A stretch of 64,000 bases of DNA from Syntrophales bacterium (lineage in GTDB: Bacteria; Desulfobacterota; Syntrophia; Syntrophales; UBA2210), in NCBI GenBank assembly GCA_963662405.2, contig CAXXKT010000002.1, forward strand, positions 194,484-258,483, given 5' to 3'. Below are positions 56,132 through 64,000 of the stretch, one piece after another (positions within the stretch are counted from its first letter, which is position 1; the number at the start of each line of letters is the position of its first letter). The notes under the pieces are model-generated. The model made no database searches and was not told the origin of the DNA. It saw nothing but the letters and a program-made list of their open reading frames with translations. The position numbers were made by a program, and so were the translations under genes.

Positions 56132-57325
56132 CTATTTCAGAGCATTGACAGCTTCCCTGATACGTTCCAAGCCCTGTTGAATATTTTCCATTGACGTCGC
56201 ATACGAGAGGCGTATGTGGATATCACTGCCGAAGGCCACGCCGGGAACAACAGCAATGTTGGCGGCATCGAGGAGATATTCCGCAAAAGATGCCGAACCG
56301 GTTATGGCGGAATCACCGTACCGCCCCCCGTACAATGCGGACACATTGGGGAAAACATAAAAGGCACCCTCGGGATTGAAACAGCTCACACCGGCCATGC
56401 CGTTCAGTTTACCAACAATATAATTTCGTCTCTGTGCAAAGGCCTCAACCATCTCATCTACGGCGACCTGCTCACCATTAAGCGCCTCAACCGATGCCTT
56501 TTGAGAGATCGACGTCGGGTTCGACGTATTCTGGCTCTGGATCTTCGCCATCGCCGCGATGATCTCTTCGGGTCCTGCGGCATACCCGATCCGCCACCCC
56601 GTCATGGCATAGGCCTTCGAAACGCCATTGACAACGATCGTACGATTTTTTGCCTCCTCGCTGGCCATGGCAATACTGGAAAAGGAGAATCCGTTGTACA
56701 GGATCTTCTCATAGATCTCATCTGAAATGACGAGTACGTCCTTCCTGATGATGACTTCCGAAAGGGCCTTCAGTTCCTCAAAGGTATAGGTGGCACCGGT
56801 CGGATTGGAGGGACTGTTCAGGACGAGCGCCTTTGTTCGCTCCGTAATCATCTCTTCGAGCCGCTCGGGGGTGACCTTGAACCCGTCCTCCTCCCGCGTT
56901 TCGAGAATCACGGGCGTCCCCCCCGCCAGCAGGACGATATCGGGATAGGATACCCAGAAGGGAGAAGGGATGATCACCTCATCACCCTCTTCAATCAGTG
57001 CCTGCACGAGGTTATAGAGGGAATGCTTTGCACCGCATGAGACAACGATCTGTTCTCTGCCGTAGGCAAGTCCGTTGTCACGCTGAAGCTTTTCGATAAT
57101 AGCATCCTTCAACTCAGGAATGCCCCCCACCGGGGTATACCGGGTAAATCCTTCTTGTATCGAGTCAATGGCCGCTTTTTTTATGTTGGCAGGTGTATCA
57201 AAATCGGGTTCTCCCGCACCAAAACTGATCACGTCCCGCCCCTCCGCGCGGAGGGCGTTCGCCTTCGCGGTGATGGCAAGCGTCGGCGAAGGCTGTATTC
57301 GTCCTACCCGTTGCGCAAGTTTCAT
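56132..57325 (-). CDS. aspC: Pyridoxal-phosphate-dependent aspartate aminotransferase (class I)
   Basis: Matching blocks are FGAGEPDFDTP, NSPSNPTG and the PLP-Lys region NGVSKAYAMTGWRIGY. Confidence 0.9.
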   Translation of the reverse strand: MKLAQRVGRIQPSPTLAITAKANALRAEGRDVISFGAGEPDFDTPANIKKAAIDSIQEGFTRYTPVGGIPELKDAIIEKLQRDNGLAYGREQIVVSCGAKHSLYNLVQALIEEGDEVIIPSPFWVSYPDIVLLAGGTPVILETREEDGFKVTPERLEEMITERTKALVLNSPSNPTGATYTFEELKALSEVIIRKDVLVISDEIYEKILYNGFSFSSIAMASEEAKNRTIVVNGVSKAYAMTGWRIGYAAGPEEIIAAMAKIQSQNTSNPTSISQKASVEALNGEQVAVDEMVEAFAQRRNYIVGKLNGMAGVSCFNPEGAFYVFPNVSALYGGRYGDSAITGSASFAEYLLDAANIAVVPGVAFGSDIHIRLSYATSMENIQQGLERIREAVNALK

Positions 57326-57355
57326 AATCTCTCCCCTCTCTTTTTCCTTCTCCCG

Positions 57356-57865
57356 CTACTCCGCTGAACTGCTGTCGGTATTCAAACCGGGAAACTTCTC
57401 CTTGAGCTTCCTTAAAACGACTCCGGGGACCATCCCCTCCACCGACCCACCCAACCCGGCAGCCTCTTTGACAATCCCCGAATTGCAGTAGAACCACCGC
57501 GCACCGGTCATCAGGAAAACGGTCTCTAATTCCCGGTTGAGCCTCCTGTTGATGAGGGCCAGCTGAAACTCGTACTCAAAATCAGACATCGCCCGCAGGC
57601 CCCTGAGGATACATTGAGCCTCTGATTTTTCCACGTAATCCACCAGGAGTCCGGAAAATGAATCAACCTCAACCCGGGGGTTGTCACCAAGCGCCTCCTT
57701 GATCATGGCAATCCTCTCCTCCACCGAAAAAAGCGTCTTTTTGTTCGGATTGAGACCAATTGTCACAATAATCTTATCGAAAACCCCCAGACCTCGGTGG
57801 ATAATATCCATATGCCCGTTCGTTACAGGATCAAATGAACCAGGATAAACCGCCACATTTCCCAT
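57356..57865 (-). CDS. coaD: Phosphopantetheine adenylyltransferase
   Basis: Matching blocks are AVYPGSFDPVTNGHMDII and RGLRA.SDFEYE. Confidence 0.95.
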   Translation of the reverse strand: MGNVAVYPGSFDPVTNGHMDIIHRGLGVFDKIIVTIGLNPNKKTLFSVEERIAMIKEALGDNPRVEVDSFSGLLVDYVEKSEAQCILRGLRAMSDFEYEFQLALINRRLNRELETVFLMTGARWFYCNSGIVKEAAGLGGSVEGMVPGVVLRKLKEKFPGLNTDSSSAE

Positions 57866-57878
57866 TCTTCGTCCTCCC

Positions 57879-58427
57879 TCAAATCCTCAATTCCAAAAAT
57901 GATAAACCCGTATCGCCATACCGTCTCTGATCTACTACGGTGAAGATATCACCGGAAGTTACCTCCTCCCGCCAGGAATGCTCCACAACGAGGGTACCTC
58001 CCTCCGTGAGTAGACCATCTATCCCGGGCAGGCCAAGAAGCTCGGATACCACCCCCCTGTCATAGGGAGGATCGGCAAAGACGATATCAAACCTCTCTTT
58101 TCGCGCCCCCAGGAGGTGAACCCCTCGCTGCGCGGAGGTGATCAGGATTTCGCTCGAATCTTCGTACCCGCACAACCTGAGGTTCTTCTCAAGGACGCCT
58201 GCATGGAGGGGCTCTCTTTCGACAAAGACGGCTTCCATACCACCCCTGCTCAGGGCCTCGATACCCACGCTCCCCGTACCGGCAAAGACATCGAGAAATC
58301 GCATCGCCTCCATGGGGGGAAGGATGTCAAAGAGCGACTCTCTCACCCGGTCGGAGGTTATCCTGATCCGGTCGCTCTTGGGCGCATATATCGTTCTGCC
58401 CCGTGCCCATCCTCCCGTTACCCTCAT
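57879..58427 (-). CDS. rsmD: 16S rRNA (guanine966-N2)-methyltransferase
   Basis: Matching blocks are ITSDRVRESLFDIL, DVFAGTGSVGIEALSRG and FADPPY. Confidence 0.9.
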   Translation of the reverse strand: MRVTGGWARGRTIYAPKSDRIRITSDRVRESLFDILPPMEAMRFLDVFAGTGSVGIEALSRGGMEAVFVEREPLHAGVLEKNLRLCGYEDSSEILITSAQRGVHLLGARKERFDIVFADPPYDRGVVSELLGLPGIDGLLTEGGTLVVEHSWREEVTSGDIFTVVDQRRYGDTGLSFLELRI

Positions 58428-58430
58428 GAA

Positions 58431-59450
58431 TCAGTCCAGATACTGATCGGCCAATATCTCCGCTATCTGCACCGCGTTGAGGGCGGCACCCTTTCGGATA
58501 TTGTCGGAGACAACCCACATATTGATCCCGTTCGGGATAGACTCGTCCTCTCTGATCCTCCCTACAAAGGTGTCGTCCTTCCCCGCTGCATCGCTGGCCA
58601 GGGGATACCGCATCGCCGCGGGTTCGTCCACAACGGTGACCCCCGGGGCTTTTGCGAGGAGTCTGCGTACCTCGTCAGCGGTGATCTTCTCTTCGGTCTC
58701 GATGTTGACCGCCTCCGAGTGACCGTAGAAAACCGGCACCCGTACGGTCGTCGCGGTGACTGCGATGGAGGGGTCCTTGAAGATCTTCTTGGTCTCGTTC
58801 ACCATCTTCATCTCTTCCTTCGTATAGCCATTCTCCAGGAATACATCAATGTGGGGAAGACAGTTGAAAGCGATCCGGTGCGGATAGACCGTTATCTCCG
58901 GTTCTTCCATGGAGAGAAGGGCCCGTGTCTGCTCAACCAACTCTTCAACGGCCTCCTTGCCGGTCCCCGAAACCGCTTGATAGGTGGACACCACGATGCG
59001 TTTGATGCCGACGGCATCATGGATCGGTTTCAATGCCACAACCATCTGTATGGTCGAACAATTGGGGTTTGCGATGATCCCCCTGTCGCGATACGCTGCG
59101 ATGTCTTCGGGATTGACCTCGGGAACCACCAGGGGAATATCCGGGGCCATCCGGAAGGCGCTGGTGTTGTCTATGACGACACATCCCTCACGTGCCGCTA
59201 TCGGAGCAAACCGTTCGCTGATGCTTCCTCCTGCGGAAAACAAACCTATTTCTATCCCCTTAAAGGAGTCGTCATTCAACACCCTGACCGGGTATTCTTT
59301 CCCCCTGAAGGTCAAGCTCTTTCCCAGAGATCGTTCCGAGGCGAGGAGCACCAACTCCCCCACAGGAAAATTCCTCTGTTCCAGGGTACTGATCATCTCC
59401 CCTCCGACAAGTCCCGTAGCCCCTACAACTGCAACCTGATATTTTCTCAT
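58431..59450 (-). CDS. asd: Aspartate-semialdehyde dehydrogenase
   Basis: Matching blocks are VAVVGATGLVG, IIANPNCSTIQMV and SGTGK. Confidence 0.95.
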   Translation of the reverse strand: MRKYQVAVVGATGLVGGEMISTLEQRNFPVGELVLLASERSLGKSLTFRGKEYPVRVLNDDSFKGIEIGLFSAGGSISERFAPIAAREGCVVIDNTSAFRMAPDIPLVVPEVNPEDIAAYRDRGIIANPNCSTIQMVVALKPIHDAVGIKRIVVSTYQAVSGTGKEAVEELVEQTRALLSMEEPEITVYPHRIAFNCLPHIDVFLENGYTKEEMKMVNETKKIFKDPSIAVTATTVRVPVFYGHSEAVNIETEEKITADEVRRLLAKAPGVTVVDEPAAMRYPLASDAAGKDDTFVGRIREDESIPNGINMWVVSDNIRKGAALNAVQIAEILADQYLD

Positions 59451-59575
59451 ACCGTTATCCTTTGTATATCGTTTTCTCGAATCAATTGATTTATCGCTTC
59501 TTCCACCCGATCAGGGATAAAAGCACACCTCCATGCGCATCGAAGTCCGGCAGATCGCGCCAGGAAAGAGCAATA

Positions 59576-60346
59576 TCACATCCGGTGATGGTATCGCTGT
59601 GTTTCGTTCTGGTGACGTGCTTTCACAATCTTGAACAGAACCCAGACCGGCCCCGATATCGCGTAGCTGACGGAAATAACAAAGAGCATAACCTGGGGTT
59701 CAAGCACAATGATGATAAGCATGAAGACGATCATGACAAAGGTCATGAAGGGCTTTCTTGAAAAGAAGTTCAGATCTTTGAAACTGTAATATTTGATATT
59801 GCTGATCATCAAGAGGGAGAGTGCAACCGTCCCTATCAAGATTGAGACATGGTGAAGAGAACCTTCTCCTCCGAGGTAATAGAACAACAAGACCGTCGTC
59901 GCAACGACCCCTGCGGCCGCCGGGATGGCGAGACCGTTAAATACACTGCTGTCGACAATATCCATCTGCACGTTAAACCGCGCAAGTCTCAAGGCGCCAC
60001 AGAGCACGAAGAGAAAGGCTGCAAGCCATCCATATCGCCCGTAAGACATGAGCGCCCATGAATAGGTAAGAACAGCGGGAGCGAGACCAAACGCGATCAG
60101 GTCGGAGAGAGAATCATACTCAGCGCCGAACCTGCTGCTCGTATTGGTAACCCGGGCGATCTTTCCATCAAGACCATCAAGTATGATGGACAGAATGATC
60201 GCGATAGCAGCGGGAATAAAATTTCCCCCTATCGAGGCGACAATGGAATAAAATCCAAAAAAGAGACTGGCCGTTGTAAAGAGATTCGGGAGAATATAAA
60301 TTCCCTTTTTCATGCTGTCGGTCTTTATCCTGTGAGCTTTTCTCAT
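59576..60346 (-). CDS. pssA: CDP-diacylglycerol--serine O-phosphatidyltransferase
   Basis: The complete CDP-alcohol phosphotransferase motif is present: [26 protein letters not shown]. The body is polytopic. The ATG overlaps a psd-type stop (ATGA). Confidence 0.9.
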   Translation of the reverse strand: MRKAHRIKTDSMKKGIYILPNLFTTASLFFGFYSIVASIGGNFIPAAIAIILSIILDGLDGKIARVTNTSSRFGAEYDSLSDLIAFGLAPAVLTYSWALMSYGRYGWLAAFLFVLCGALRLARFNVQMDIVDSSVFNGLAIPAAAGVVATTVLLFYYLGGEGSLHHVSILIGTVALSLLMISNIKYYSFKDLNFFSRKPFMTFVMIVFMLIIIVLEPQVMLFVISVSYAISGPVWVLFKIVKARHQNETQRYHHRM

Positions 60347-60883
60347 GGTAGATACCCTATCGCCGTCTCTCCGGCACGTACCGTATCGCCGACCTTTACG
60401 GGAACCATGGCGTCGATCGGCATAAACACCTCAAGGCGTGAGCCGAATTTGATCAGTCCGATCCGCTCTCCCCTTTCCACTCCCATCCCCGTTCGGAGAG
60501 AGAATCATACTCAGCGCCGAACCTGCTGCTCGTATTGGTAACCCGGGCGATCTTTCCATCAAGACCATCAAGTATGATGGACAGAATGATCGCGATAGCA
60601 GCGGGAATAAAATTTCCCCCTATCGAGGCGACAATGGAATAAAATCCAAAAAAGAGACTGGCCGTTGTAAAGAGATTCGGGAGAATATAAATTCCCTTTT
60701 TCATGCTGTCGGTCTTTATCCTGTGAGCTTTTCTCATGGTAGATACCCTATCGCCGTCTCTCCGGCACGTACCGTATCGCCGACCTTTACGGGAACCATG
60801 GCGTCGATCGGCATAAACACCTCAAGGCGTGAGCCGAATTTGATCAGTCCGATCCGCTCTCCCCTTTCCACTCCCATCCCCGT
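60102..60883. repeat. Perfect tandem direct duplication, 2 x 391 bp (60102-60492 and 60493-60883)
   Basis: Base-by-base comparison by eye found no mismatch. The ORF track independently shows identical translations offset by 391 nt (60346 vs 60737, and 60332 vs 60723). Confidence 0.9.
60453..60737 (-). pseudogene. Truncated duplicate of pssA (first 81 codons) fused to out-of-frame antisense-of-nothing tail
   Basis: The 94-aa ORF is identical to PssA residues 1-81. Codon 82 reads E instead of the final motif Asp, followed by [12 protein letters not shown]. Confidence 0.7.
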
Positions 60884-61390
60884 TTGGACCCAACAAACGA
60901 TCCGACGGGCAATAAGCCCCGCGATCTGTATCGTCAAGATCCGAGTTCCGTTCTTCGTCTCGATCAGGAACGAATTTCGCTCGTTGGCTTCCGATGCCTT
61001 ATCGAGGTTTGCGGAAAAGAATTTGCCTTCCCGGTATACGATTTCCTTTACGGTCCCGGCACACGGAGCCCTATTGACGTGAACATTGAAAATGTTCATA
61101 AAGATGCTTATCTTGCAGGCCTTGCCCTTGAGTAATTCCCTCTCTTCCACTTCCTCTATCTTGATAACCCGGCCGTCGGCAGGGGATATCACCGCCTTCT
61201 CATCCCCGCGGTATATCCGTTCCGGATTGCGGAAAAACCACAGGACAAAAAGGGCCGCCAGAGAAAAAATGACGGCGACCCAAGCGACACCCAGAAAGGC
61301 CCCGACCACCGCCACGAGGACAAACGGAACGATGAAAACGAACCCGTCATGCACAACGGGGGAATGTCTATGGTCCCTCCCTGTCATCAA
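60734..61390 (-). CDS. psd: Phosphatidylserine decarboxylase proenzyme (short type)
   Basis: 218 aa with an N-terminal TM segment, FMNIFNVHVNR, and the self-cleavage region [10 protein letters not shown]. Confidence 0.9.
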   Translation of the reverse strand: MMTGRDHRHSPVVHDGFVFIVPFVLVAVVGAFLGVAWVAVIFSLAALFVLWFFRNPERIYRGDEKAVISPADGRVIKIEEVEERELLKGKACKISIFMNIFNVHVNRAPCAGTVKEIVYREGKFFSANLDKASEANERNSFLIETKNGTRILTIQIAGLIARRIVCWVQTGMGVERGERIGLIKFGSRLEVFMPIDAMVPVKVGDTVRAGETAIGYLP

Positions 61391-61494
61391 TTATCTCCCT
61401 TCCCGCCATCGGAGGATTCTGCAGCACTGCCGTAATTATCACCGGTCAGGGCCGGTGTATAGTAGATAACAGGCACTATGTCAACCAACATATC

Positions 61495-62190
61495 CTATTC
61501 GGAACGCCCGATCGGTGCGGCGGCATACGATGAACGGAGATAATCGGGAATCAGTGTCATTATATCAGATGTCTCTCCGCTCTGAAACTTCTTCCTCCCA
61601 GCCAGCCCTATCATGGCTGCCCGCACCATATTAAAACGGGGCGGGGCGACAGACGACCGGCCCGGCAGGATATCACCGATGAGATCCCGGTAGGCCTCAG
61701 CTCCGCTGCCAAGAAACAACACCTCTCCCTGGATGGAACCGATAAATTCGCTCGGGCGGACCACGCATTCCGTCTGCACCTTTTCATAGGAATCGAAACC
61801 GGAGGGGAGATATAACGCCACATACACCTCGCCTCTCCCGGCGTCGACCATGGGGCAGAGGGTAACTCTTCGAGAAGAAGCGATATTCATGGCGAGGGCA
61901 TCAAGGGTGCAGACACCCACAACCGGTTTGCATAAAACAAGGGCCAATCCTTTTACGGTGCTCAGACCAACCCGCAATCCGGTGAAGGAACCGGGGCCGA
62001 TGGTTACGGCAAGCAGATCGACCTGATCCTTCTCGATCTCCCCTGAGGCAAGCACTCGCTCGATTGTCGGCAAGAGTACCTCAGCATGGTTCCGGCCGGT
62101 ATGAATGCATATTTCCGAGCGGATATTCTCATCTTCGAGGAGCGCGACACCGGTCGCCGCGAGAGAGCTATCAACCGCGAGCGTGATCAT
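61495..62190 (-). CDS. tsaB: tRNA threonylcarbamoyladenosine biosynthesis protein TsaB
   Basis: Matching blocks are ITLAVDSSLAATGVALL and VTIGPGSFTGLRVGLS..KGLA. Confidence 0.9.
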   Translation of the reverse strand: MITLAVDSSLAATGVALLEDENIRSEICIHTGRNHAEVLLPTIERVLASGEIEKDQVDLLAVTIGPGSFTGLRVGLSTVKGLALVLCKPVVGVCTLDALAMNIASSRRVTLCPMVDAGRGEVYVALYLPSGFDSYEKVQTECVVRPSEFIGSIQGEVLFLGSGAEAYRDLIGDILPGRSSVAPPRFNMVRAAMIGLAGRKKFQSGETSDIMTLIPDYLRSSYAAAPIGRSE

Positions 62191-62192
62191 GG

Positions 62193-63311
62193 CTAATACC
62201 CCAATATCCGCGCAATGTCGTTATAAAAGACAAAGAGCATCAGGAGAATCAAAAAAAAGAAACCCACCTGCTGTGCGATTTCTCTGCACCGGATGCTCAC
62301 GGGCCTTCCGGTTACCGCCTCCACCAAGAAAAAGGCTATATGCCCTCCGTCGAGGACCGGCACGGGTAGAAAATTCAAGACCCCCAGATTAACGCTGAGT
62401 ACCGCCATCAAGAAGACAAACGGAACGAATCCTTTGCGGACCTGTGTGCCGGCCATCTGCGCGATCAGTATGGGGCCACCCAGTTCCCGCGGGGAAACAA
62501 TTCCCTGCACTATCTTGACCATGCCGATACAGGTCAGTTTCGTCCACCCCCATGTCTGCTCAATACCTGCGTAGAACGCGCCGGCCGGTCCCTCCCGTTC
62601 TATAACCGTTTCGTCTGAGATACCGACTCCGATTCGATAGGTTCTGATCTCTTCACCGAAGACGTTCGTTGACGTTGCTGCCAGAGGGGTAACGTCTACA
62701 TCACGGATCTTTTTCCCCCGTGCTACGCGGATATTGATTCTCTCTCCCTCACTCTCGCTGACGGCCTCGGCTAGTTCGGACCACATCGAGATGTCCCTGT
62801 CATTGATGGCAACGACAACATCACCGCTTTGAAGTCCGGCCTCAAAGGCCGGGCTGTTTTCCTGGACGGTTCCAATCATCGAGGTCGCAACGGGGACCCC
62901 GATGGCATATACAACCGCAAAGGCAAAAACGGCAAAGAGGAAGTTGAAGAGGGGACCGGCAGATACGATCGCTATCCGCTTCAATACCCCCTGCTTCAGG
63001 AACGACCGTTTCTCGTCTTCGGGGGACAGGTCTTCATTTTCCTCCGATTCACCCAACATCTTGACGTACCCCCCGAGGGGTATCGCCGAAAGGACATACT
63101 CCGTCTCTCCCACCTTTCTCCCGAACAGTTTGGGGCCGAAACCGAGGGAGAACTTCAGGACACCCACGCCGGACCACTTCGCCACGAGGAAATGACCCAG
63201 TTCATGTACAAAGATCAAGACCCCGAGGAGAATTATTACCGATACAACACTTAATCCGATCAAGTGACTTTTCCTTTCTCCACGGCCTCCTGAGCCCTGG
63301 TCCGCGCCCAT
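62193..63311 (-). CDS. rseP: RIP site-2 zinc metalloprotease RseP
   Basis: The HELGHF zinc motif, a PDZ domain and the NLLPVPVLDGG-like NFLPVPVLDGGH are present. The true start may be the TTG at 63261-63263, overlapping the dxr stop, rather than 63311. Confidence 0.9.
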   Translation of the reverse strand: MGADQGSGGRGERKSHLIGLSVVSVIILLGVLIFVHELGHFLVAKWSGVGVLKFSLGFGPKLFGRKVGETEYVLSAIPLGGYVKMLGESEENEDLSPEDEKRSFLKQGVLKRIAIVSAGPLFNFLFAVFAFAVVYAIGVPVATSMIGTVQENSPAFEAGLQSGDVVVAINDRDISMWSELAEAVSESEGERINIRVARGKKIRDVDVTPLAATSTNVFGEEIRTYRIGVGISDETVIEREGPAGAFYAGIEQTWGWTKLTCIGMVKIVQGIVSPRELGGPILIAQMAGTQVRKGFVPFVFLMAVLSVNLGVLNFLPVPVLDGGHIAFFLVEAVTGRPVSIRCREIAQQVGFFFLILLMLFVFYNDIARILGY

Positions 63312-64000
63312 CCGTCGGCCCGCAGAACGTCGTCAATCGTTTCAACCTGCTGCGTCTGATGAGATACGACAATATCTTTCACAATGGACGTGATATCCTG
63401 AAATCCGATCTTTCCGGCGACAAAGGCCTCCACAGCTATCTCGTTCGACGCGTTCAGGACCGCGGGCGCCGTGCCACCCCTTCCGGCCGCCTCATAGGCA
63501 AGATCCAACGCCGGGAAGCGGACGGGGTCGGGAGGTAAAAATTCCAGTGTTCCCACGGTGCAGAGATCGAGGGTTGATATGGCCCGGGGGACCCTCCGGG
63601 GATACCCCAAGGCATACGATATGGGTCCCTTCATATCGGGTACACCCATCTGTGCGATAACAGAACCGTCGACATACTCCACCATGGAGTGAACGATACT
63701 CTGCGGATGAATGCAAACATCTATTTGTTCCTTTCCCATCCCGAACAGCCACATGGCCTCTATGATTTCAAGGGCTTTATTCATCATGGTTGCCGAATCT
63801 ATGGTAATCTTTTGCCCCATCTCCCAGTTAGGATGCTTGAGGGCATCCTGAAGCCGGATTTCTCCGAACCGTTCGACAGGAAATTGAAAAAAGGGGCCCC
63901 CCGAGGCCGTCAGGATGAGTCGCCGCACCTCCGCCCGGTTGTGTCCGGCCAAGCTCTGAAAAAGGGCGCTGTGTTCGCTGTCGACCGGGATGATCTTCGC
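63260..64000 (-). CDS. dxr: 1-deoxy-D-xylulose 5-phosphate reductoisomerase (C-terminal two thirds; gene runs off the right edge)
   Basis: Matching blocks are ..IIPVDSEHSALFQSL.. (hand-translated from 63953-64000), LTASGGPF, HPNW.MG.KITIDSATMMNK and EA..LF. Confidence 0.93.
   Translation of the reverse strand, partial: AKIIPVDSEHSALFQSLAGHNRAEVRRLILTASGGPFFQFPVERFGEIRLQDALKHPNWEMGQKITIDSATMMNKALEIIEAMWLFGMGKEQIDVCIHPQSIVHSMVEYVDGSVIAQMGVPDMKGPISYALGYPRRVPRAISTLDLCTVGTLEFLPPDPVRFPALDLAYEAAGRGGTAPAVLNASNEIAVEAFVAGKIGFQDITSIVKDIVVSHQTQQVETIDDVLRADGWARTRAQEAVEKGKVT

Noticed and set aside
58116-59489. 457-aa + strand ORF
   Set aside because: It is antisense to asd and rsmD, both of which have strong family motifs. 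It has no recognisable domains.
1-64000. Search by eye for CRISPR arrays, rRNA, tRNA, and sigma-54 promoters (TGGCAC-N5-TTGC)
   Set aside because: I found no regularly spaced short repeats and no rRNA- or tRNA-like segments in the intergenic regions. The few TGGCAC hits (for example near 11868, 22343, 42671 and 55825) lack a properly spaced TTGC element or lie inside genes. A covariance-model or tRNAscan run would be needed to be definitive.

Overview
This 64 kb window looks like core chromosome from a diderm bacterium, since lptABC, kdsA/kdsC, a TonB-dependent receptor and an rpoN-hpf-ptsN-rapZ cluster are all present. The gene content (CbiZ-type corrinoid salvage, CoA-transferase, several radical-SAM enzymes, NIL-ferredoxin) suggests an anaerobic, Desulfobacterota/deltaproteobacteria-like organism, but that placement is inference only.

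All calls were made by eye from the ORF-track translations and hand translation, matched against family motifs I remember. No search was run.

I support about 60 protein genes, mostly housekeeping. The main blocks are:
- **1-6006:** a DEAD-box helicase fragment, two GNATs, a thioesterase and a fused CoA-transferase.
- **6063-13341:** an S1-domain protein, an SPFH/NfeD pair, UDG, coaBC and an M23 peptidase.
- **13342-23308:** one long minus-strand array, rapZ-ptsN-hpf-rpoN-lptB-lptA-lptC-kdsC-kdsA-TPR-xerD.
- **23387-27503:** a small accessory-looking patch with a TM2 protein, two Nudix proteins, an IS200-like Y1 transposase-family gene, a GNAT and mscS.
- **27733-35976:** a GT2-like gene, miaA, a MATE transporter, an SLT protein, DUF1015 and hydrolases.
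- **36140-43017:** a cobalamin-riboswitch-controlled btuB / btuF-cbiZ fusion / cbiB / cobD operon.
- **43388-49704:** mnmA-mtaB-rnc-radical SAM-era-der.
- **49717-55801:** a liv-type ABC transporter.
- **56132-64000:** aspC-coaD-rsmD-asd-pssA-psd-tsaB-rseP-dxr.

I saw no rRNA, tRNA or CRISPR array.

I found no convincing new multi-gene system such as a defence island. The observations most worth a second look are:
- two complete cobalamin riboswitches in tandem upstream of btuB;
- a signal-peptide-bearing BtuF-CbiZ fusion, which is a topological puzzle;
- a perfect 391-bp tandem duplication across the psd/pssA junction, whose breakpoint lies in the last catalytic Asp codon of pssA;
- a Y1-transposase-like gene bracketed by perfect 24-bp inverted repeats;
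- an unusual density of gene remnants and 1-nt frameshifts, including both substrate-binding proteins of an otherwise intact liv transporter.
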